Of a DNA stretch of 26,076 nucleotides, positions 1-6,356 are shown one piece after another. The position numbers and the translations under genes are program-made. The DNA is from Acidimicrobiia bacterium (GTDB lineage Bacteria > Actinomycetota > Acidimicrobiia > Spongiisociales > ZC4RG35): positions 1 through 26,076 of the forward strand of contig DATEEG010000351.1 in NCBI GenBank assembly GCA_035281305.1, in the 5' to 3' direction. The stretch's first letter is position 1; each line of letters starts with the position of its first letter. The notes under the pieces are model-generated. The model worked only from the letters and a program-made list of their open reading frames with translations. It did not search any database and was not told the DNA's origin.

Positions 1-969
1 GGCCGGCGGCCCCGCGGCCGGGTGTGCGGCCGGGGGCGGTTGGGGCGCTGGCGCCATCACGGGTTGGGAACGCTTGTCGTCGGGCGGCAGCAGAACCGTC
101 GCCTCGTCCGAAGAGCCGGCGAACACCACCGGAGGGGCCGCACGGCTGACGTCGGGCAGCGCGACAGGCAAGACCAGGGTCGAGTCCCGAGCCAACTCGG
201 ACGCGAAAGCACGAGCCGAGTCCGGGCGCAGGCCAGGATCCCGGGCCAACCCCCGGGCCAACGCCGGCACGGCCTCGGGCGGTAATTTCCCGAGGTCGGG
301 GCCCTCCCCCGCACGAATCATCTCGAGTAGGCCAGCGGTCGTCTCCGCCGAATACGGCTTCTCACCGGTGAGCATCTCATAGGCCACTGCGGCCAGCGAG
401 TAGATGTCGGATGAGGCCGACGCCGGCTGACCAGAGATGAGTTCGGGGGCCACGTACGAGATCGTCCCGACCATCTCGCCGGGTGAGGTGACCGTGGCGG
501 GATCGTCGAGGGGCTTGGCAATGCCGAAGTCCGCCAGTCGGATCCTCCCGCCGGGTTCGATCATGAGGTTGGCCGGCTTGATGTCGCGGTGAACAATGCC
601 GTTTTCGTGTGCATAGTCGACCGCAGCAGCCACCTGTCCAATGAAAGAGCCAACCGATGCCAGATCCATCGGGCCACTCACTGCCAGTCGCTTCGCGAGC
701 GTTTCACCCGCTATGAGCTCCATGGCTATCCAGGGGCCGTCCTCGTCTTCACCGGCGTCGAACACCGTGAGAATTCCCGGGTGATTGAGCCCGGCAGCCG
801 CCTGGCTTTCACGCCGGAACCTATCCGACGCCGCCCGGTCGGACCTCAAGTGAGGAGACAACCGCTTGATGGCCAATTGGCGCTCGAGAAGGGTGTCGGT
901 AGCCCGCCAAACAGTGGCCATACCCCCTATCCCGATTTGCTCCTCCAGTGAGTAGCGACCGTCGATCAC
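1..969 (-). CDS. Hanks-type Ser/Thr protein kinase (PknB-like), C-terminus runs off the window
   Basis: Not in the ORF track because there is no stop in the window. Manual translation from GTG 969: MIDGRYSLEEQIGIGGMATVWRA..AIK..RFRRE..HRDIKPAN..DFGIAK..GTISYVAPE..SDIYSL, followed by a Pro-rich linker. Confidence 0.95.
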   Translation of the reverse strand, partial: MIDGRYSLEEQIGIGGMATVWRATDTLLERQLAIKRLSPHLRSDRAASDRFRRESQAAAGLNHPGILTVFDAGEDEDGPWIAMELIAGETLAKRLAVSGPMDLASVGSFIGQVAAAVDYAHENGIVHRDIKPANLMIEPGGRIRLADFGIAKPLDDPATVTSPGEMVGTISYVAPELISGQPASASSDIYSLAAVAYEMLTGEKPYSAETTAGLLEMIRAGEGPDLGKLPPEAVPALARGLARDPGLRPDSARAFASELARDSTLVLPVALPDVSRAAPPVVFAGSSDEATVLLPPDDKRSQPVMAPAPQPPPAAHPAAGPPA

Positions 970-975
970 CGGTCA

Positions 976-981
976 ACCCTA
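976..981 (-). promoter_or_regulatory. Putative -10 box (TAGGGT), leaderless kinase promoter
   Basis: TANNNT ending 6 nt before GTG 969; no RBS. Confidence 0.45.
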
Positions 982-1014
982 CCTAGAGCCCCGCGCTTGC
1001 CAACAAGGCACCCG

Positions 1015-1374
1015 CTATCCGATGAGGGTTGCGGCGGTGGCAGCCACTGCGAACGCCACGAGCCAGGAGGCCAGCGACCCGACCAGGACGTACTCGGGCG
1101 AGATCTTGCTGTTGGCTCCTGTTATCTCGGGGAATCGGAGGAGGCTCTTGGCGGCGGCGACCAGGCCGGCGGCCCCCGCCTCGCCCATCAGGACCAGGAG
1201 GAATATCAAGAGCCGCTCCATACCTCCGATCCAGCGGCCGGCACCCGCTTCGGCAGGAAGTGCCACACCGCGGGCCCGCCGCAGGATCCAGCGGACTATG
1301 AAATTGGCCGGAGTGATCAGAACGGCCGCTCCGATCAGGACGATGACCAGGTCGCGGGGGCCGTCGATATTCAT
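1015..1374 (-). CDS. Membrane protein resembling the C-terminal half of SatE/DUF3307-associated proteins (119 aa)
   Basis: IGGMERLLIF..AAAKSLLRF..EYVLVGSLAS motif and hydrophobic helices. ATGA overlap with the satD stop. Confidence 0.8.
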   Translation of the reverse strand: MNIDGPRDLVIVLIGAAVLITPANFIVRWILRRARGVALPAEAGAGRWIGGMERLLIFLLVLMGEAGAAGLVAAAKSLLRFPEITGANSKISPEYVLVGSLASWLVAFAVAATAATLIG

Positions 1375-2021
1375 GCTGACGACCCGATCAAGTGGTCCCG
1401 CGATCGGAGCAATGCAGCCAGCCCGTGGCTTTGCATTCTCCGGCTCACCGAACTCTTGTTGACACCGAGGCGGGCGGCGGCTTCCTGTTGAGAGGCGCCA
1501 CCCATCAACAACTTGAGGATGGTGGCGTCAGCCTCGTCGATGCCCGCGATCGTCTGGTCGCGCAGCACCAGGATTGCGTTGTACGACGGCTCCCGGGCAT
1601 TGCCGGTCCGGCAGACCGTGCGAAGCGAATTGGGTTCCTGGTTGGAGCGTTCCGTTCGGGCCAGTTCCTGCAATGCCTCTCGCGCCCGCCACCAACACGG
1701 GCCGTCCTGGCCGAACGGCGTACGGCTGTCGTCTTGCGTCCGCAGAGTTCCCCACCCGATTCCGATCCTCACATCGACCTTGCCCAAGAGCTCAACCCTG
1801 AGACGAAAGGAGGCGTCGATGGCATCCTCGATCCGCTCGAACATCCCCTGGAATTCATCGCCCAGAGTCGGTGTGAGAGGCTGGACGGTCGGCATGGCGG
1901 CATTGACGTTCGCCAAGGCCCGGTCGAGACGCTGCTGCAAACGTGAGCGGCTGCCGGCCTGGCGCGATCCCACCACATCCCCGATGACTGCCGCCCGGTT
2001 CCGGCGGTCGGTTGCGTTCAT
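1371..2021 (-). CDS. satD: SatD family protein with C-terminal HTH (216 aa)
   Basis: IGDVVGSR, TLGDEFQG, VRIGIGWG and DGPCWWRAREA motifs; C-terminal SQQEAAARLGVNKSSVSRR helix-turn-helix. Confidence 0.85.
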   Translation of the reverse strand: MNATDRRNRAAVIGDVVGSRQAGSRSRLQQRLDRALANVNAAMPTVQPLTPTLGDEFQGMFERIEDAIDASFRLRVELLGKVDVRIGIGWGTLRTQDDSRTPFGQDGPCWWRAREALQELARTERSNQEPNSLRTVCRTGNAREPSYNAILVLRDQTIAGIDEADATILKLLMGGASQQEAAARLGVNKSSVSRRMQSHGLAALLRSRDHLIGSSA

Positions 2022-2024
2022 AAT

Positions 2025-2086
2025 GCAACTTTAGCCAAGTTGTCGTTCATCTGCAACTCTGGAGCAGGTGCGTCGCTCAGGCAACT
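2025..2086 (-). promoter_or_regulatory. satD promoter (TTGCAG-N17-TAAAGT) with overlapping inverted repeat and three GCAACT repeats
   Basis: -35 at 2056-2051 and -10 at 2033-2028, 6 nt before ATG 2021. CAACTT-N5-AAGTTG at 2026-2042. GCAACT at 2025, 2053 and 2081. Confidence 0.6.
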
Positions 2087-3057
2087 CAAGCGAGACGCGA
2101 ATCAAATCCGAAAGTGAGCCGCTCCTCTACCTGGTACGGCACCGGTATATCCCTGGTTTCACGATTCCCGCTAACCAGACGCCGCCCGATCTCAGCGAAC
2201 CATGTGTTGTTGGGCACCACCCACGGCCATAGCCGCAAACCGACCCGGGCCCCCACCATGGCCCCGACCATCGAAGCCATCTCACTTCCTCCGAGCGTGG
2301 CCGCGACCTCGATCAGACGATAAGGCTCGATCGAAGGAGATGAGGCCAGGCTGATTGCGACTATCGGTTTGTCCAAAGCAGAAGGCGGTCCGTCTTCGAC
2401 CACCTTCCTGAGAAGGTCGATGGTGGGATCATTCACCCAGGCGGCTGCTTTGCGAAGCCGCGCCGGCAAGCCCCGGGCGTCATCCATCCGGCTGAAGAGG
2501 TAGTCCTCCCGGCCGATCTCGGCCAGGGCCCGTTCCATCAGTTCGGCCGAGGCTTGCAGGAGGTCGCGCCCGACCTGGGCGAACGAAGAAGCAGCGACCG
2601 CTCCGGCGACAGCCGCGGCTCCAACCACACTGGCGGCGTCGATGTGCGTGACTCTGGCAACCGAAATGGCGGCGGTGGCGAGGCGCCCGGGGTCGCGCCG
2701 AAACCAGACGCCGACCGGGTACACCCTCGAAGCCGGTTCCGCCGAGGGTTCGACCGTGGCGGCGCCCTCGCCTCTCGAGATGGCGTCGAGCCACGCCAGG
2801 AAGCTGTCCGACGGTGCCCTATAGACGGAAGGGTTCTCGGTATCGGCCCCCAATTCCTTCCATTCCTCCCCCAGCAGGACGCGGTCGACCCCGTCGTTGC
2901 GGAGGACGTGATAGGCAACAACGGTGGCCTGCTGGGTAATGGCCGAGTACCCGATCGGGCTGTTACCTCCGGCGACGTCGCCAGCGGCGGCGGCCAACAT
3001 CACGCCGGCTCCTTCGCCGTTCAGGAGCGAAAAGAGGGGCGTGCTCGAGTCCGTCAC
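2086..3057 (-). CDS. ADP-ribosylglycohydrolase (ARH/DraG)-fold protein, catalytic motifs degenerate (323 aa)
   Basis: GVMLAAAAGDVAGG, ARVTH and ASMVGAMVGARVG match the ARH scaffold; the TDD and GDxD acidic motifs are absent. Confidence 0.7.
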   Translation of the reverse strand: MTDSSTPLFSLLNGEGAGVMLAAAAGDVAGGNSPIGYSAITQQATVVAYHVLRNDGVDRVLLGEEWKELGADTENPSVYRAPSDSFLAWLDAISRGEGAATVEPSAEPASRVYPVGVWFRRDPGRLATAAISVARVTHIDAASVVGAAAVAGAVAASSFAQVGRDLLQASAELMERALAEIGREDYLFSRMDDARGLPARLRKAAAWVNDPTIDLLRKVVEDGPPSALDKPIVAISLASSPSIEPYRLIEVAATLGGSEMASMVGAMVGARVGLRLWPWVVPNNTWFAEIGRRLVSGNRETRDIPVPYQVEERLTFGFDSRLA

Positions 3058-3066
3058 AGGCGGCCG

Positions 3067-3084
3067 AGGCTAGCTCGGTAGCCT
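3067..3084. promoter_or_regulatory. Back-to-back -10 boxes (AGGCTA-N6-TAGCCT) of a divergent promoter
   Basis: TAGCCT on each strand, each ending 9 nt before a divergent GTG (3057 and 3094). Confidence 0.45.
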
Positions 3085-3093
3085 GGACGGCAA

Positions 3094-4026
3094 GTGCAAA
3101 GATTGCTCCTGGTCGCCAACCCCTCCTCGTCTCAGTTCACCGGCGGGGGTCACCGGACCGTTGTCCGGATCCTGCAACGCCGATTTGACGTGGAAACCGC
3201 CTGGCCACAGTCCACCGAACATGCCAGGGCGCTTACCGCCGAGGCCACGGCCGATGGCTTCGAAGTGGTAGCCGCCATGGGGGGCGACGGCGTCGTCCAC
3301 CACGTCGGTCATGTCCTGGCCGGCACCGAGACCGCGCTGGCCGTGATCCCAACCGGCACCACCAACGTGTACGCGCGCCTTTTCGGAATTCCCCACAAAC
3401 CCGTCACGGCCGCCCGCCTCCTCATCGGCGCCCACCTTCGACGGCCCACCAGTGTTCTGGCGATGGACGGTCTCCAGGAGCAGGGTGAAGTCCGTCGCCA
3501 CGCCCTCTTCGCGGCAGGTTTCGGGTTCGACGCCGCCGTTGTGAGGGCAGCCGAGCAGGAGCCCTACCGGAAATATCATTTCGGAGCGCTCCACTACGCC
3601 AGGACCGCGATCGGCACCCTGCTCCGCGACTATCGAAAACGACGGCCCCACATCCGCGTCAGTGCCGGGGCCCGGGCTGCCGACGCGGTGGCTGTGCTGG
3701 TTCAGTTTCAGCCCGTCTATACCTACTTCGGGCGCAAGGGTCTGCGATTGAGCCCGGAGCCGCCCGACCCCATGTCGGCACTCGTGGTGGAGGCGCTGCC
3801 GGCCCGCCGGCTCCCCCGGATCATCTCCGGTTTGATCGGCGGGGCCGATCTCGATCGATTACCCGGGATGCAGGTCTGGACCGGGCTGGAGTCCGTCGCG
3901 TTCGAGGCTGATCCCCCGGTTTGGGGCCAGGCCGACGGTGAGATGACGGGGGCCTGGAGGACTGTCTCCATCTCGCTGAAGCGGGACGCTCTGCACGTTC
4001 TCGTTCCGCCGAACCCTCCTCGCTAG
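3094..4026 (+). CDS. Diacylglycerol/lipid kinase family protein (DAGK/YegS-like, 310 aa)
   Basis: LVANPSS, MGGDG, IPTGTTNVYAR, GFGFDA and QADGE motifs. Confidence 0.9.
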   Translation: MQRLLLVANPSSSQFTGGGHRTVVRILQRRFDVETAWPQSTEHARALTAEATADGFEVVAAMGGDGVVHHVGHVLAGTETALAVIPTGTTNVYARLFGIPHKPVTAARLLIGAHLRRPTSVLAMDGLQEQGEVRRHALFAAGFGFDAAVVRAAEQEPYRKYHFGALHYARTAIGTLLRDYRKRRPHIRVSAGARAADAVAVLVQFQPVYTYFGRKGLRLSPEPPDPMSALVVEALPARRLPRIISGLIGGADLDRLPGMQVWTGLESVAFEADPPVWGQADGEMTGAWRTVSISLKRDALHVLVPPNPPR

Positions 4027-4047
4027 GTGGAAGGCCCGTCGGTCTTC

Positions 4048-4093
4048 TGTCATCCTACGTTGACAGATGCGGAGCTGTCAACGTAGGATGACA
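4048..4093. promoter_or_regulatory. Perfect 19-bp inverted repeat / double operator overlapping a TTGACA-N18-TAGGAT promoter
   Basis: TGTCATCCTACGTTGACAG (4048-4066), 8-nt spacer, CTGTCAACGTAGGATGACA (4075-4093). -35 at 4060-4065, -10 at 4084-4089, ATG at 4096. Confidence 0.8.
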
Positions 4094-4095
4094 AA

Positions 4096-4299
4096 ATGGA
4101 TTTCAACCCAACGGCTCTCGAGGCGGCAAGTGAGGATCCCGCGGTCGGGCTGCGAGCGGTCGTCGCACTCCGTCGTCTGGCCGACCGGCTCGAAGTTGTC
4201 CAGGTTACGGCGGCCAGACGGGCCGGATGGACTTGGCAGCAAATCGGCGATGCCCTCGGAATCACCCGGCAGGCGGTCCACAAGAAGTACGGGAGGTAA
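4096..4299 (+). CDS. Small HTH DNA-binding protein (67 aa)
   Basis: ARRAGWTWQQIGDALGITRQAVHKKY, a pattern typical of actinobacterial small HTH proteins found next to Clp-N genes. Confidence 0.88.
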   Translation: MDFNPTALEAASEDPAVGLRAVVALRRLADRLEVVQVTAARRAGWTWQQIGDALGITRQAVHKKYGR

Positions 4300-4301
4300 G
4301 G

Positions 4302-4787
4302 ATGTTCGAAAGATTCACCCGGGCGGCCCGGGAGGTCGTCACCAACGCCGTCGAGATCGCGGGCAACCGCGGCGACTCCCGTATCGGCACCGAACACCTG
4401 CTGGCGGGGGTGGCGGCGACCTCCTCTCCTGCTGCGCAAGTGCTCGATCGCATGGGAGCCGGGTCAGAGCAAGTTCGAAGCGCGATCTCGAACCTCGACC
4501 GGTCCGCCCTCGCAGCCGTCGGCATCGACCAGGACTCGATCCGCCTGGGACCGGCCGCCAACGAATGGTTCACGAGGAAACGACACATCCCGTTCAACCG
4601 CGCCGCCAAGGCCGTGCTCGAAGGGGCCCTGCGCGAGGCCCTCACCATGCGGCACCGATCTATCGGTTCCGAGCACATCCTTGCCGCCCTGACCGCGACG
4701 GGCGCCGAGGACCCGGCCCGCCGGATCCTGGCCGGACTGGGGATAGACGTCGCTTCGCTTCGCCGCGAGGTGTTGACGCCGCGCTAA
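4302..4787 (+). CDS. Stand-alone Clp N-terminal (double Clp-N repeat) protein, no AAA+ domain (161 aa)
   Basis: MFERFTRAAREVV..IGTEHLL..IPFNRAAKAVLE..IGSEHILAAL. GGAGG RBS at 4292-4296; start moved from 4227. Confidence 0.9.
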   Translation: MFERFTRAAREVVTNAVEIAGNRGDSRIGTEHLLAGVAATSSPAAQVLDRMGAGSEQVRSAISNLDRSALAAVGIDQDSIRLGPAANEWFTRKRHIPFNRAAKAVLEGALREALTMRHRSIGSEHILAALTATGAEDPARRILAGLGIDVASLRREVLTPR

Positions 4788-4825
4788 TTCCGGACCGGGC
4801 CAGTGCCGGTCGTGGCGGAGAGTCC

Positions 4826-5776
4826 TCAGGCAGTTGCGGGGATCACTCCCAGTCGCCCTGCCTGGAAGTCCTCGTAAGCCTGAATCAGCTCATTGCGGGT
4901 GTTCATCACAAAAGGTCCGTACCAGGCCACCGGCTCCCCGATCGGCCTGCCGCCAAGGATCAGCACATCGAGGCCCGGGGTGCGGGTCTCCTGGATCGGA
5001 TCGGCGCCGATCGTCATCTGATCGCCCGCTCCGAATACCACCAGTTGTCCCATTCCGGCCGGCCGCCGCTGGACGCCGAAGCTCCCCTTCCCGCTCAACA
5101 CATACACGAGTGAGTTGAAGTCGGGCCTCCACGGCAGGCGGAGCTGCGCCCCGGGACTGAGCGTGGCGTGAACCATCGCGATCGGGGTGTGCGTGGATCC
5201 GGGCCCCTGATGACCTCCGACCTCTCCGGCGATGACCCGCAGAAAAGCTCCGCCATCAGGGGAACGGAGCAGTACCACCTCCCCAGCCCGCAGGTCCTGG
5301 TACCGGGGTGTGAGGAACTTGTCCTTGGCGGGCAGGTTCACCCAAAGCTGGAAGCCGTGAAACAGCCCGCCCGACATCACGAGCGACTCCGGTGGCTTCT
5401 CGATGTGCAGCAGGCCCGAACCGGCGGTCATCCACTGGGTGTCGCCGTTGGTGATCAGGCCGCCACCTCCCTGCGAGTCCTGATGCTCGAACGTGCCGTC
5501 GATCATGTAGGTAACCGTCTCGAATCCGCGGTGGGGATGCCAGGGAGTCCCCTTGGGCTCACCCGGCGCATACTCCACCTCCCCCATCTGGTCGAGATGG
5601 ATGAAGGGATCGAGTTGGTCGAGAGGGACGCCCGTGAATGCCCGTCGAACCGGGAACCCTTCGCCCTCGAAGCCGCTCTGGGCGGTCGTGACCGACCTGA
5701 CCGGACGTTCGTTCTGACCGGCATTCGGAACGACCACCGGCAATGACAGGACATCGGGAACGGTTACGGCTGGCAT
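4826..5776 (-). CDS. Pirin family protein (316 aa)
   Basis: WHPHRGFETVTY and GLLHIE metal ligands, QLWVNLP, GPFVMNT. Start moved to ATG 5776 (MPAVTV), which has a purine-rich RBS. Confidence 0.95.
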   Translation of the reverse strand: MPAVTVPDVLSLPVVVPNAGQNERPVRSVTTAQSGFEGEGFPVRRAFTGVPLDQLDPFIHLDQMGEVEYAPGEPKGTPWHPHRGFETVTYMIDGTFEHQDSQGGGGLITNGDTQWMTAGSGLLHIEKPPESLVMSGGLFHGFQLWVNLPAKDKFLTPRYQDLRAGEVVLLRSPDGGAFLRVIAGEVGGHQGPGSTHTPIAMVHATLSPGAQLRLPWRPDFNSLVYVLSGKGSFGVQRRPAGMGQLVVFGAGDQMTIGADPIQETRTPGLDVLILGGRPIGEPVAWYGPFVMNTRNELIQAYEDFQAGRLGVIPATA

Positions 5777-5811
5777 TGGATCTCTTTCGTCGTCGTGGTG
5801 GTGAAACAATA

Positions 5812-5825
5812 GTTGTGTGTGCAAC
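5812..5825. promoter_or_regulatory. Putative MarR operator GTTG-N6-CAAC
   Basis: Palindrome in the 71-bp pirin/marR divergent gap, adjacent to the pirin -10 (TATTGT, 5811-5806 on -) and upstream of the marR -10 (TAACAT, 5835-5840). Confidence 0.45.
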
Positions 5826-5847
5826 ATTCCTTCGTAACATGTCAAGT

Positions 5848-6327
5848 ATGAAGCGACGCCCCACCCGCGAAGAATTGGCAGCCTGGCGAGCCTTTCTCGA
5901 AGCTCATCACGCGGTAATGGCGGTTCTGGGGGAGGAGCTCGAGGAAATCGGCCTTCCGATCGGGTTCTATGACGTTCTGGTTCAACTGACCGAGGCTGAA
6001 CGGGGCCTGCGGATGTCGGAGCTGGCCCGCCGCGTCCTGCTCTCCAAAAGCGGGCTCACCCGCCTGGTGGATCGGATGGCAGACCAGGGCCTCGTTCGCC
6101 GCCGGCCCTCGCCGGAGGACGGGCGCGGCTTCTATGTCGTGCCTACCAGCCTCGGGCTACGGGCTTTGCGCCGGGCCAGTCCCGGCCACCTGAGAGGGGT
6201 GGTCGACCACTTCACGTCATTGCTCACTGCCGACGAGCTGGCTGTCATCACCAGGGTCATGAACCGCGTCGCCGATGCTGCCGGTTTCGGTCCTGCCGAC
6301 GAGGAGCCTCGGGCTCGGGCGGGTTGA
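5848..6327 (+). CDS. MarR family transcriptional regulator (159 aa; alternative start 5839)
   Basis: AWRAFL..YDVLVQL..LRMSELARRVLLSKSGLTRLVDRM..GLVRR..DGRG winged helix; divergent from pirin. Confidence 0.93.
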   Translation: MKRRPTREELAAWRAFLEAHHAVMAVLGEELEEIGLPIGFYDVLVQLTEAERGLRMSELARRVLLSKSGLTRLVDRMADQGLVRRRPSPEDGRGFYVVPTSLGLRALRRASPGHLRGVVDHFTSLLTADELAVITRVMNRVADAAGFGPADEEPRARAG

Positions 6328-6356
6328 GCCGGCCGGCCGATGGTCGATCGCAGGGC

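Noticed and set aside
3277-3312. Lipid kinase GGDGVVHHV instead of GGDGTxxEV as a sign of inactivity
   Set aside because: The key GGDG Asp, GTxN, GFDA and DGE residues are retained; the variation is within what I expect for the family.
4793-4811. GACCGG-N7-CCGGTC hairpin between the Clp-N and pirin genes
   Set aside because: 6-bp stem with no U-tract; too weak to call a terminator.
4067-5113. 348-aa + strand ORF and other long alternative-frame ORFs (e.g. 8601-9557, 21928-23022, 1513-2034)
   Set aside because: Arg/Pro/Gly-rich shadow ORFs overlapping well-supported genes; expected in high-GC DNA; no motifs.
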